Shown here: positions 44,186 through 53,767 of the stretch, one piece after another | Position numbering within the stretch: position 1 is the stretch's first letter | Layout of the letters: each line of letters begins with the position of its first letter | Assembly (NCBI GenBank): GCA_041750285.1 | Contig: JBGSZS010000021.1 | Location: 1-64,000, forward strand | Origin: Candidatus Fermentibacteraceae bacterium | GTDB lineage: Bacteria > Fermentibacterota > Fermentibacteria > Fermentibacterales > JCC-6 | Direction of reading: 5' to 3' | Length of the DNA: 64,000 nt | Notes under the pieces: model-generated | What the model was told of the DNA's origin: nothing | The model's database searches: none | What the model saw: the letters and a program-made list of their open reading frames with translations, nothing else | Made by a program: the position numbers and the translations under genes

Positions 44186-45298
44186 TTACACGGGATTCGC
44201 GAGGCGCACCGGCATAAGCAGGGCAAGGTACTCCATGCCGGAGTCCTGCTCGAGTTCTTCGATAACTACTGCTGTAGCGCCGTCTTTTATCTTCAGAAGA
44301 ACGGATTCACTGTCCATGTTCTTGAGGATCTCCATGAGAAAGTCTCCGTTGAACGCAATCTGAAGCGGATCGGAGTCGAAATGTGCCTGAAGCTCTTCCC
44401 TTGCCTCGCCGGCGTCGGTGTTTTCCGCCTGAAGGATCATCTTCCCGGGTTCAAGCGTGAAGCGGACCTGGTGGGTCGCAGGGTTGGCTATGATGCGCAT
44501 TCGCCTGAGGCTCGCGATGAGATCGACACGGTTCACGGTGAGCACGTACGGATTTTCGCTGGGGATGACCTTTTCGTAGGGAGGGTAGGGTCCCTCGATT
44601 ATCCGGCTGAATACGGCGGTCTCTCCGGACTTGAAGCATATCTGGGTTCCCTGGCTTCCCAGCATGATGTTCTCGTCCTCGCCCAGGCGGCCCAGGAGGT
44701 TGAGTGCCTTGGGGGCAACTATCGCATCGAGGGTTTTCTCGGAAGCAAGACCGCTCATTCGCATCCTGGCAAGCCGGTGGCCGTCCGTGGCGACCATTTC
44801 TAGCCCATCAGGACCCATCTTCCAGAGTGCCCCGTTCAGCGCCGGCCTGTAGTCGTCGGAAGCCACCGCGAACGCCGTTTTTCTGACCGCGTCGGAAACG
44901 GCCTTCAATGGAAGCTCGGTAAAGGCCACATCGGCGGCGGAAGGGAGCGACGGGAAGCTGTCGCGGCTGCTCCCCGCGAGCACGAAGTTGCTGTTTCCGC
45001 AGGAAATGGTGATCCTGCTGCCCGACCCCCCGATATGGATGTCTCCGCCCGGAAGCTCTTTGACGATCTCGAGGAGTTTCTTGCCCGGAAGCGCCACGGA
45101 ACCCTGGGTGCTGATGGTCGCCGGAACCGAGGTCGTAACAGATGTGTCGAGGTCGGTGGCGGCAAGGCACAGCCTGTCGGCGGCGGTCTCGAGAAGAATG
45201 TTCGTAAGGGATGGAAGGCTTGTTTTTGGCGGCAGGGCGTTGGCGACAATGCTCAGACCCTTGAGAAGGTCTCCGTACGACACGAGCAGCTTGACCAT
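44186..45298 (-). CDS. dnaN: DNA polymerase III beta sliding clamp
   Basis: ATDL, RPALNG, VATDGHRLA, SR.IEG.YP.YEKVIP, LLMPVR. Confidence 0.97.
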   Translation of the reverse strand: MVKLLVSYGDLLKGLSIVANALPPKTSLPSLTNILLETAADRLCLAATDLDTSVTTSVPATISTQGSVALPGKKLLEIVKELPGGDIHIGGSGSRITISCGNSNFVLAGSSRDSFPSLPSAADVAFTELPLKAVSDAVRKTAFAVASDDYRPALNGALWKMGPDGLEMVATDGHRLARMRMSGLASEKTLDAIVAPKALNLLGRLGEDENIMLGSQGTQICFKSGETAVFSRIIEGPYPPYEKVIPSENPYVLTVNRVDLIASLRRMRIIANPATHQVRFTLEPGKMILQAENTDAGEAREELQAHFDSDPLQIAFNGDFLMEILKNMDSESVLLKIKDGATAVVIEELEQDSGMEYLALLMPVRLANPV

Positions 45299-45548
45299 AT
45301 GCGTCTCTCCTTCCGAGGGATTACAGAGAGGTAGTGTTCAAACATCTAAAGAATAGTCATCACAATTATACTCGTGGATTTGTGGAAAAGTAAGGCTGCC
45401 GGGATACGGGGCAAGGAATTCCCGGTGTTGAAAACCTGTGGACATTGACCTTGGAAATGCATTTTTTTCCACAGGGAAGACCGGGAATCGGTTATGATCA
45501 TGAAGCCCACAGTTGTATCCACAGGAGGAAAGGGGTTTTTCCACATTC
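45299..45548. other. oriC: Chromosomal replication origin oriC (dnaA-dnaN intergenic)
   Basis: DnaA-box-like 9-mers at 45373-81, 45381-89, 45426-34, 45437-45, 45465-73, 45515-23, 45537-45; AT-richer stretch on the dnaN side. Confidence 0.88.
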
Positions 45549-46868
45549 TCAACGGGTGAGGTTTTCCCGGATATCCTGAACCTTGCGCTTGAGCTGGGGG
45601 TTCTCGGACAGGATCTCCTTGATGCGTGCAATAGCGTTGAGGACCGTTGAGTGGTCGCGGCCGGTGAAGAAGCGCCCTATCTCGGTGAGAGGCGTATCGG
45701 TCAACTCCCTGATGAGCATCATGGAAACCTGCCTTGGTATCAGCACCTCCCGCTTGCGCTGCTTTCCCCTGATCAGCGCGGGGTTTATGGAGAATGCCTC
45801 GGCAACGGCACCCGTAATGCTGCCGGGATTGAGGTGGCGCGTACCGGCCCCGAGAAACTCGGCAATGATGTTTCGAACAAGGTCACGCGTAATCGAGATG
45901 TTCTGGATCTGCGAACGAACGGCCAGGAGGTTGATCATTGCCTCGAGCTGTCTGATGTTGGTCTTCACGGTGTCAGCTATGAAGTACATCGTGTCATCAT
46001 CTATCGAGATGCTGCGTTCCCGGGTTATCTGGGTAAGGATGGCCACCCTGGTTTCAAGCATCGGCGGTTTTATGTCGGCCACGATTCCGGACTGAAACCT
46101 CGATACAAGCCGTTCCTCGAGGGGCTCTATCTCGTGGGGGGGCCTGTCGGAAGTGAGAACGATCTGCCTCCCCTGAAGGTACAGGTTGTTGAAGATGTGA
46201 AAGAGCTTCTGTTCTGAACCCTCCTTGCCCCCGAGAAACTGGACATCGTCCATAAGCAGGTAGTGAACATCCCTGAACCGCCGCTCGAACTCCTCCATGC
46301 GTTTGTTGGTAATGGCGTACACAAGCTGGTTCACGAACTCCTCGCTGGAGATGTAACGGCAGACGAGGTCGGGCCTGTGGGTGCTGACGTAGTGTGCGAC
46401 GGCCTGGATGAGGTGTGTTTTGCCCAGCCCCACACCGCCGTATATGAAAAGCGGGTTCGCAATGTCGGAGCCCATGTTCTTGGCCGCGGAGAGGGCCGTG
46501 GCGTAGGCGAGACGGTTGTTGTCGTCCACGATGAAGCGTTCGAAGGTGTAGGAGGAGCGCAGCATGGTGGGAAGGATGGACTCGCGTCGCGTCTGGGTGT
46601 TCCTTGGAACGACGGAAATGGCCCTGAAATGGAGGTCGGGGCAGTCAAGGAGCTCGGCGAGAATGGATCGGAGCTTCTCGGAGTAGTGCGCCGATACGAA
46701 ACCGGCATTGAACTCGTCCTTGAATGCCACGGTGAAGGTGTTGTACTCGTAGCTGACGAACCTGGAACCGGCAAGCCAGGAGTTGTAGATGTCCAGCCCC
46801 ATTATCTCCCTGGTACGGAGAAGGCACTCGGACCAGGTTGCCTCCGGGGAAACGTTCAGAAAAGACAC
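45549..46868 (-). CDS. dnaA: Chromosomal replication initiator DnaA
   Basis: YTFE.F, NPLFIYGGVGLGKTH, DDVQF, RL.SRF, N.R.LE, GRDHSTV. Confidence 0.98.
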   Translation of the reverse strand: MSFLNVSPEATWSECLLRTREIMGLDIYNSWLAGSRFVSYEYNTFTVAFKDEFNAGFVSAHYSEKLRSILAELLDCPDLHFRAISVVPRNTQTRRESILPTMLRSSYTFERFIVDDNNRLAYATALSAAKNMGSDIANPLFIYGGVGLGKTHLIQAVAHYVSTHRPDLVCRYISSEEFVNQLVYAITNKRMEEFERRFRDVHYLLMDDVQFLGGKEGSEQKLFHIFNNLYLQGRQIVLTSDRPPHEIEPLEERLVSRFQSGIVADIKPPMLETRVAILTQITRERSISIDDDTMYFIADTVKTNIRQLEAMINLLAVRSQIQNISITRDLVRNIIAEFLGAGTRHLNPGSITGAVAEAFSINPALIRGKQRKREVLIPRQVSMMLIRELTDTPLTEIGRFFTGRDHSTVLNAIARIKEILSENPQLKRKVQDIRENLTR

Positions 46869-46911
46869 GGCAGAACAGTCGTAAAACGATTGCGCGCAAT
46901 GGTGTCAGAAG

Positions 46912-47071
46912 AAATCCACATGATTGTCAACATCCCTAGAAAACAAGTAAACAACTATACCACAAACACATAAGAAAACCGCGCTTTTGGGGTCAGCCAA
47001 AACATGTTGATTTCTTTTTCTTTGGCAAGGGCAAAAAAGAGCTTGACAAAGGCCCTGCTCGATAGTAAGAT
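46912..47071. promoter_or_regulatory. dnaA/rpmH divergent promoter region with degenerate DnaA boxes
   Basis: AAATCCACA 46912-20, TTGTCAACA 46924-32, TATACCACA 46956-64; plus-strand TTGACA(47043-48)-N17-TAAGAT(47066-71). Confidence 0.7.
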
Positions 47072-47147
47072 TCCGCTTCCCTTTTGAATACGCTTTTTCT
47101 GTTTCCCGGGGCAACCAGCCGCCGGCATAGTCAAGAAGGAACGGGTT

Positions 47148-47282
47148 ATGAAGAGAACCTATCAACCCAGCAGGATCTCCAGGGTGAGAAAGCATGGGTT
47201 CAGGGCCAGGATGGCCACCCGGGGCGGCAGGAAGGTTCTGAATGCCAGAAGACGGAAGGGCCGCAAGAGACTGGTCCCCTGA
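47148..47282 (+). CDS. rpmH: 50S ribosomal protein L34 (absent from ORF track)
   Basis: [44 protein letters not shown]. Confidence 0.97.
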   Translation: MKRTYQPSRISRVRKHGFRARMATRGGRKVLNARRRKGRKRLVP

Positions 47283-47619
47283 GGCAGGCAGAACCGGCGC
47301 CTCATGCTTCACCCTGAAGAAAACCCCTGAGTTCATGCGTCTGTTCAGATCTGGACATCGCTTCAAGGGCGGGGTCATCCGTGCGAGACACTGCAGAAAC
47401 ACCCTGGGCATGATACGCCTGGGGTTTTCCGTTTCAAGGAAGACCGGAAGTGCAGTTGAAAGGAACCTCTTCAGAAGAAGGATGCGGCACCTCGCGCGGG
47501 AAGCTCCTGCCGGGCCCGGATTCGACGCCGTCGTAACGCCTCAGCTGAAGCTGAGAGAAATAGGATGGTTTGCCCTTCGTGAGGATTTTGCATTGCTTCT
47601 GAAGGAAGCCGGGCGTTGA
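47242..47619 (+). CDS. rnpA: Ribonuclease P protein component
   Basis: [23 protein letters not shown]; canonical position; start uncertain. Confidence 0.9.
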   Translation: MPEDGRAARDWSPEAGRTGASCFTLKKTPEFMRLFRSGHRFKGGVIRARHCRNTLGMIRLGFSVSRKTGSAVERNLFRRRMRHLAREAPAGPGFDAVVTPQLKLREIGWFALREDFALLLKEAGR

Positions 47620-47849
47620 AGAGCATTATCATTCTGATGATTGACGCATACAGGAAGCTTCTTTCCCCGCTGCTGCCCGGTTCATGCCGCTTTACCCCCA
47701 CGTGCAGCGGATACGCCAGAACCGCGGTTGAAAGGTTCGGCGCCTGGAAGGGATCGAAGCTCGCCCTGAAAAGGATACTGAGATGCAACCCCTGGAATCC
47801 GGGGGGATACGACCCTGTACCGGAGGGAAAGAACAATGGCGATGAGTGA
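47616..47849 (+). CDS. yidD: Membrane protein insertion efficiency factor
   Basis: SP....CRFTPTCS.Y, RILRCNPW.PGGYDPVP. Confidence 0.95.
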   Translation: MKSIIILMIDAYRKLLSPLLPGSCRFTPTCSGYARTAVERFGAWKGSKLALKRILRCNPWNPGGYDPVPEGKNNGDE

Positions 47850-49410
47850 CCAGTCCAGAATGCTTCTTGCGGCCACGCTCATGATGGCGGTTCTTGCGTT
47901 GAGCTGGTTTCTCGCAAGCCCCCGCGGGACGGACCCGGCCCCTGAACCCGGACAGACCCTTTCCGAAACCGTCGCAATTCAGGTGCCCGAGCAGGCTTCG
48001 GAATCAGTGGATGCCCCGCTTCAGGCAGAACTGCCGGACAGCATCGCACCGGCCCGAAGCATAGTTGTAAGGATAATGGATGAAGGGGCCGTCCTTGTGG
48101 ATGCCGAACTCTCCACGGACGGCGGAAGCGTTATGAAATGGTCGCTTGCCGGATACCCGGACCTTTCCGGCTCCGGTGATGGTGCCATGGTCAACCTGGC
48201 TGCGAAACCCTGGCTTTCGGTGATGACACCCTCCGGCAACAGGGTTCCGTTCTCCTGTGAAAGCCCTGATACCGTAACGGTCACCTCCGAGACCGAGATC
48301 GTCTTCAGTTTTGGTTCGGCAAGAAGGACATTTACTTTCAATCCTGGCACATATGCATTCGATGTCTTCGACGAGGGACTTTCCGAGGTGATAACGGTAC
48401 AGGCCGGCGCTATCCCCGTCACTGAGGAAAACGCAGACATGAGGCAGTACTTCTCGGCATGCTGGTACACGAACAAGATGACCCGGAAAAAGGCTCCTTC
48501 GATCGAAGCGTTCGACGGCGTGGGGAACAGCCGGTGGGTTGCAGCTGCTTCGAGGTACTTCTGCATCGTTCTTCTTCCACATTCCAGGGAGAGGGTGAGC
48601 GGTTTCGTGGCGCCGGGGGAGGGAGGCTCACCGGAGGTGTCCCTCGAGACCGGAAGCGTTACCGTTTACGCCGGGCCGGTTGGATACACGGTTCTCAGCG
48701 CGCTGGGAAGCGACACCGGGAAGATGGTCGATTTCGGGTTTCCCGTGATAAGGCAGCTTGCCCAGCTTATTTTCCTGTACCTTGAAAGGGTGCTGTCATT
48801 CATCGGGAACTGGGGCGTAAGGATCATGGTTCTCGCGGTGACCCTGCAGATACTGATGATGCCCCTGACCCGGAAAAGCTATGTTGCCATGCAGAAGATG
48901 CAGAAGCTTTCTCCCGCGATAAAGGAGATTCAGAAGAAGTATGCCTCCGACCCCCAGAAACAGCAGATCGCAATGCAGAAGCTCTACAAGGAGTCCGGCG
49001 CGAACCCCCTCGGAGGCTGTCTTCCCATGATCCTACAAATGCCGGTGTTTTTCGCGATGTACAGGGTTCTTGGGAATGCAGTCGAACTCAGGGGAGCGCC
49101 ATTCGTGCTCTGGGTGACCGATCTTTCCCGGCCGGAGATCCTCATTCCGTTCCAGTCACCGATACTGGGCCTTCAGGGTATCGGGCTGATGGCCCTTGTG
49201 ACCGCCGCCTTCATGCTGATACAGCAGAAAATGAACTCGGCATCCATGCAGCAGCAGAAGGGGATGATGTACCTGATGCCAGTGATGATGGGGTACTTCT
49301 TCATGAAGTTCGCTGCGGGGCTTAACCTCTACTGGATGGTGTACAACATCCTCAGCATGGTAAACCAGGGCGTTATAAAGAAGAAGATGCAGGCGGAAGA
49401 GTCCGTGTGA
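47836..49410 (+). CDS. yidC: Membrane protein insertase YidC (with periplasmic domain)
   Basis: VYAGP, VDFG, GNWG, NPLGGCLP..LQMP, ELRGAPF, W.TDLS, GL.LYW. Confidence 0.95.
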   Translation: MAMSDQSRMLLAATLMMAVLALSWFLASPRGTDPAPEPGQTLSETVAIQVPEQASESVDAPLQAELPDSIAPARSIVVRIMDEGAVLVDAELSTDGGSVMKWSLAGYPDLSGSGDGAMVNLAAKPWLSVMTPSGNRVPFSCESPDTVTVTSETEIVFSFGSARRTFTFNPGTYAFDVFDEGLSEVITVQAGAIPVTEENADMRQYFSACWYTNKMTRKKAPSIEAFDGVGNSRWVAAASRYFCIVLLPHSRERVSGFVAPGEGGSPEVSLETGSVTVYAGPVGYTVLSALGSDTGKMVDFGFPVIRQLAQLIFLYLERVLSFIGNWGVRIMVLAVTLQILMMPLTRKSYVAMQKMQKLSPAIKEIQKKYASDPQKQQIAMQKLYKESGANPLGGCLPMILQMPVFFAMYRVLGNAVELRGAPFVLWVTDLSRPEILIPFQSPILGLQGIGLMALVTAAFMLIQQKMNSASMQQQKGMMYLMPVMMGYFFMKFAAGLNLYWMVYNILSMVNQGVIKKKMQAEESV

Positions 49411-50612
49411 ACCCGTCGACCGACATCATCGTCGCAGTCGCAACCCCGCCGGGGCTGTCGGCCCTGGCCGTCGTCAGGTTGTCGGGGCGGGGTTCAGCCG
49501 CCCTCGTGGAAGGGCTTTGCGGTGCCTCCCCCGGAAGGCTGTCGGGTATGAGAAGGCTGCTCGCCATGATACCCGGAGTGGGTGACGCAGTAGTGCTGGG
49601 TTGGCCCGAAGGGAAGAGCTACACCGGTGAGGAAATGGTGGAGCTGATCTGCCACGGAATACCGGAGAGGGTATCGCGCCTTTACAGAACTCTTCTTGAC
49701 GCAGGAGCAAGAAGCGCCCTGCCCGGCGAGTTTACCGCGAGAGCGTGGCGCAACGGCAGGGTAAGCAACCGGCAGATCATTGAACTCGCGGCAGAGGTGG
49801 AAACGGGAAGCCCATCGGGACGCCTTTCCGAATGCGCGATGCGGCTTCATGAAAGAATCTCGCACGCCCTTGAAACGCTCGAGGGCTCCATCGAGTTCCA
49901 GGAAGATTCATGCACCGGTTCAGCACCTGCAGCGGCTGCCCTGCAACTTGCGGAGGAAGCCGCCAGAAGCCTTGTTGCAACCACACATTCGCTTCAAAGG
50001 GTGATGAAGGTATACCTGATGGGCCGGGTCAACGCCGGGAAGTCAACACTGATGAACCTCCTTTGCGGCGGAGAAGTCGCACTGGTGGACCCCTCTCCCG
50101 GCACCACAAGGGACGGGGCCAGGCGGGAGATCACGCTCATGGGAAGAAGGTTTCTTCTTGTGGACACTCCGGGATTCGGCGGCGAGGGCATCGACGGCAT
50201 CGCCCTCGATCGTGTGACAAGGGAGATAACCCGCGACGACACGGTACTTTGGCTGAGCCCAGAGGGGGAGAACCCCCCGGAATCAGTTGAGGGGAGTGCC
50301 GGTCGGGTCGTCCTGGTGCTGTCGAAGAGTGATACTCACCGGCTCGAGGGGTTGCGCGTTTCCTCGGTGAACGGGGAGGGCGGCGTGACGCTTCGGGATA
50401 ACCTGCTGAGCACCGCGTCTTCACCCGCGGAGAACAGCGCATCCGAGATACTGACCCTTCTTGAGCATGCCGCAGGTTTCGTTGAAACCGAACCGGGGAT
50501 AGCGGCAGCGCTGCTGCGCGAAGCGGAGGTCAAAGCCGTGGAGATGACCGGTCTCAGACATGATGTTTGCGCCGTTGAACGGGCTCTGAGCGTCCTCTGC
50601 GTTGGGAAATAG
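49407..50612 (+). CDS. mnmE: tRNA modification GTPase MnmE (compact)
   Basis: ATPPG, SYTGE, PGEFT.RA..NG, GRVNAGKS, GTTRD, DTPG, terminal LCVGK. Confidence 0.9.
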   Translation: MNPSTDIIVAVATPPGLSALAVVRLSGRGSAALVEGLCGASPGRLSGMRRLLAMIPGVGDAVVLGWPEGKSYTGEEMVELICHGIPERVSRLYRTLLDAGARSALPGEFTARAWRNGRVSNRQIIELAAEVETGSPSGRLSECAMRLHERISHALETLEGSIEFQEDSCTGSAPAAAALQLAEEAARSLVATTHSLQRVMKVYLMGRVNAGKSTLMNLLCGGEVALVDPSPGTTRDGARREITLMGRRFLLVDTPGFGGEGIDGIALDRVTREITRDDTVLWLSPEGENPPESVEGSAGRVVLVLSKSDTHRLEGLRVSSVNGEGGVTLRDNLLSTASSPAENSASEILTLLEHAAGFVETEPGIAAALLREAEVKAVEMTGLRHDVCAVERALSVLCVGK

Positions 50613-52380
50613 CACTGTTGTCGTTGTGGGAGGCGGTCACGCCGGGGTCGAGGCCGCCCTTGCCGCGGTCAGGGTCGGGGCTTCGGCGGTCATCGTAACC
50701 GCAGAACCTTCGGCCATTGCGGTAATGCCCTGCAATCCTGCCATCGGGGGCGTTGCGAAAGGATGCCTGGTTCGCGAGATAGACGCCCTTGGAGGGGTCA
50801 TGGGCCTCGCGGCCGACCATGCGGCGCTGCAGTTCAGAATGCTGAACCTCAGCAAGGGCCCCGCAGTATGGGGTCCAAGGGTACAGGCTGATTCGGGGGG
50901 ATACCCCGCATTCGTAAGAGAATCGCTCACCACTGCGGGAGTAAAGGTCGTAAAAGGGATGGCACGCTCCCTTTCCGGAGAACGCGGCCGTTTCACTGCC
51001 GTCGATCTCGAAGACGGCCGGTCGGTACCCGGCGATGCCTTTGTTCTTGCAACGGGGACGTACCTGGGCGGTGTCCTGTTCCGTGGCGGCGAGCGCTGGC
51101 CGGGTGGTCGCGCGGGAGGGCTGTCATCCATAAGCCTCGAACGGTTCCTGTCCGGACTGTTTCACGTGGAACGTTTCAAGACCGGAACCTCTCCCAGGGT
51201 TGTGACCGGAACAATCAGGACCGGCGCGCTCGAGATCCAGACAGCCCACACCTTCCCGTTCAGGTTCAGCCTCGAAAGCGAAGAACCGGTCCGCAACAGC
51301 ATGCTTTGCCATCTTGCGCGAACAAACGAGCGGACCAGCCGGGCCGTTCTTGAGAACCTTGACAGGTCGCCATTGTACGAAAGACGGATCGAAGGGAAAG
51401 GCCCCAGATACTGCCCCAGCTTTGAAACCAAGGTCGTAAAATTCCCGGAACGCCATGAGCATCCCGTACATCTCGAGCCCCTGTCACCCCATTCCAGATT
51501 ATCCTACCTGAACGGACTCTCGACGAGCATGCCCCAGGACGTGCAGTACAGAATGCTCAGAACAATCGAGGGGTTTGAGAACGCCGAGATAGCCCTTTTC
51601 GGTTATGCTGTAGAATACTCCCGGCTTGCGTGGGGAGAGTTTGACATGTCGCTTCGTCTCACGGGCACAGGGAACCTTTTCGCAGCCGGGCAGATCCTTG
51701 GCACTTCCGGTTACGAAGAGGCTGCCGCCCTGGGGCTCCTTGCCGGCGCCAACGCCGCAAGGACTGCGATGGACCGGGACTGCGTTGTGCCGGACAGGGA
51801 AGAGAGCTATCTGGGCGTCATGGTGAGCGATCTTGTCAGAAAGGGCATAGATGAACCCTATCGTCTGTTCTCAAGCCGCGCAGAGAACAGGCTTCACCTG
51901 AGACAGGACAACGCCCACGCAAGGCTGGAAAAGCTGGCCCGTGACCTTGGTGTCCTGGGAGGACGAAGGCAGTCGCTGCTTGAGGCTCATCTGAAGCAGT
52001 ACGAAACAGCCCGTGAGCTGATCCGTGCTGCGGGGCTCGAATACCTCTGCAGAAGACCCGAAACCACACCTGCAGACATCATGGGTAAAGACTCCGGAAT
52101 GGGTGGACTGAGCCCCGAGTGTGTGGAAACCGCATTCAACGACATCAAGTACGAAGGCTATATCAGCAGGCACACAAGGCGCCGCAAGGCAGCCCTCGAA
52201 CACTGGTCACTTCCCCTGCCCCCGGGTTTCCGTGACGCGGGAATATCAATTGAGGCCCGGCAGGCCATCGAGGCAAGCAGACCCGGTACTGTCGGGGAAG
52301 CCGCCGAACTGCCGGGAGTCCGGGCCTCGGACCTTGAGGTTCTGACCCTGCTTGCCCTGAAGAACAGGTGTTCCACGTGA
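50602..52380 (+). CDS. mnmG: tRNA U34 modification enzyme MnmG (GidA)
   Basis: GGGHAG.EAA, CNPAIGG, KTGT, GPRYCPS, AGQI.GTSGYEEAA, EPYR.F.SRAE.RL. Confidence 0.97.
   Translation: MGNSTVVVVGGGHAGVEAALAAVRVGASAVIVTAEPSAIAVMPCNPAIGGVAKGCLVREIDALGGVMGLAADHAALQFRMLNLSKGPAVWGPRVQADSGGYPAFVRESLTTAGVKVVKGMARSLSGERGRFTAVDLEDGRSVPGDAFVLATGTYLGGVLFRGGERWPGGRAGGLSSISLERFLSGLFHVERFKTGTSPRVVTGTIRTGALEIQTAHTFPFRFSLESEEPVRNSMLCHLARTNERTSRAVLENLDRSPLYERRIEGKGPRYCPSFETKVVKFPERHEHPVHLEPLSPHSRLSYLNGLSTSMPQDVQYRMLRTIEGFENAEIALFGYAVEYSRLAWGEFDMSLRLTGTGNLFAAGQILGTSGYEEAAALGLLAGANAARTAMDRDCVVPDREESYLGVMVSDLVRKGIDEPYRLFSSRAENRLHLRQDNAHARLEKLARDLGVLGGRRQSLLEAHLKQYETARELIRAAGLEYLCRRPETTPADIMGKDSGMGGLSPECVETAFNDIKYEGYISRHTRRRKAALEHWSLPLPPGFRDAGISIEARQAIEASRPGTVGEAAELPGVRASDLEVLTLLALKNRCST
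51158..51173. other. parS: parS centromere-like site (inside mnmG)
   Basis: TGTTTCACGTGGAACG versus consensus TGTTNCACGTGAAACA. Confidence 0.8.
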
Positions 52381-52384
52381 AACA
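52369..52384. other. parS: parS centromere-like site (mnmG/rsmG junction)
   Basis: TGTTCCACGTGAAACA, exact match to the consensus; about 0.6 kb upstream of parA. Confidence 0.93.
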
Positions 52385-53015
52385 CATCCCGCCGGGAGCG
52401 GTTCAAGACATTTCCCGCCTGGGGGTGGCGGCCGACGAATCAGTGATCGAAAGGCTTGACGAGTTCACCGTTCTGATTGAAAAGGGAGCCGGGGGAAGGT
52501 TTGGAAACCTTCTGGGGCCGGTTGAAATGGGACGCCTTTGGAACAGGCACATCCTGGAGTCAGTTGCGTACATTCCCTTCCTTGAGAAGGAGGGACCGGT
52601 CGTGGATATCGGCAGCGGAGCCGGTTTCCCGGGGATCGTTCTGGCGCTGTTCGGCCTTGAGACCACACTTGTTGAAAGCCGCAGAAAACGGTTTCTGTTC
52701 CTCGTGTGGGTTAGGGAGACCATGAAACTCAGGAACGTCAATCTTCTGAACGGGAGGATCGAGGAATGCGGACCTTTCCCTTTGCCGGTGGCGTTCACTG
52801 CAAGGGCCGTTGAGAACCCTGCCGGTCTGGTGCAGAGGATCTCGGGCGTATCCAGGGAAGGCTTCTCTCTCACGGTCCGGACAGGAGAGCCCTATTCCGC
52901 TCCCGGGGTTGAAGTTGTAAGGGAATTGCCTTCCCCTCCTCTTGACCGTCCCGGGTTCATGGTGCAGTTTCGCCATCCCGGAACGGGGATTCGCCGGGGA
53001 AACGGGGGGACATGA
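52377..53015 (+). CDS. rsmG: 16S rRNA m7G methyltransferase RsmG (GidB)
   Basis: RHILES, DIGSGAGFPG, LVES..KR..FL, TARAV; GTGA-coupled start at 52377 (alternative GTG 52368). Confidence 0.92.
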   Translation: MKHIPPGAVQDISRLGVAADESVIERLDEFTVLIEKGAGGRFGNLLGPVEMGRLWNRHILESVAYIPFLEKEGPVVDIGSGAGFPGIVLALFGLETTLVESRRKRFLFLVWVRETMKLRNVNLLNGRIEECGPFPLPVAFTARAVENPAGLVQRISGVSREGFSLTVRTGEPYSAPGVEVVRELPSPPLDRPGFMVQFRHPGTGIRRGNGGT

Positions 53016-53767
53016 CCAGGATCATAGCTGTCGCGAACCAGAAGGGCGGTGTCGGGAAGACCACCACGGTGATCAACCTCGGCGCGAGCCTTGCCGTGAA
53101 CGACAGGGATGTTCTTATTGTGGACCTCGACCCCCAGGCCAACGCCACGAGCGGCCTGGGACGCGATCCGGGCGGACTCGAAGGCATGCACGCCCTTATG
53201 GCAGGCCGGAAGACCCTTTCTGAATCGGTTGTTGGAACCGACGTCGAGGGCCTTGACCTCGTTCCGGGATCAACCGACATGGCGGGACTAGAGATCGAAC
53301 TGGCCTCGCAGGACAATCGGGAGTTCTTTCTCGACAGGGCTTTGAGGGGTCAGGTCGAGAAGTATGCGTATGTCCTCATCGATTGTCCTCCCTCTCTCGG
53401 GCTTCTCACGGTGAACGGGCTCGTTGCCGCCGACAGCGTCCTTCTTCCGGTCCAGAGTGAATACTACGCCCTGGAGGGACTTTCCCATCTTCTTCAGACG
53501 ATATCAAGGGTGAGGTCGGCGTGGAACCGAAGGCTTCTGCTTTTCGGGGTTGTCATGACCATGTACGACTCAAGGCTCAAGCTGAGCAGGGAAGTGTTTG
53601 ACGAAGCCAGGGCTCACCTGGGTAAGGCATTGTTTCGCACCACTATACCCCGTAATGTCAAACTGAGCGAAGCTCCCAGCTTCGGGAAGCCGGCGATTCT
53701 CTACGACCCCTTTTCGAAGGGAGCCGGCAGCTACCTCAGTCTTGCAAAAGAGGTGATGGAAAGATGA
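53012..53767 (+). CDS. parA: Chromosome partitioning ATPase ParA/Soj
   Basis: NQKGGVGKTTT, DLDPQAN, IDCPPSLG, IPRNVKLSEAPS. Confidence 0.97.
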   Translation: MTRIIAVANQKGGVGKTTTVINLGASLAVNDRDVLIVDLDPQANATSGLGRDPGGLEGMHALMAGRKTLSESVVGTDVEGLDLVPGSTDMAGLEIELASQDNREFFLDRALRGQVEKYAYVLIDCPPSLGLLTVNGLVAADSVLLPVQSEYYALEGLSHLLQTISRVRSAWNRRLLLFGVVMTMYDSRLKLSREVFDEARAHLGKALFRTTIPRNVKLSEAPSFGKPAILYDPFSKGAGSYLSLAKEVMER

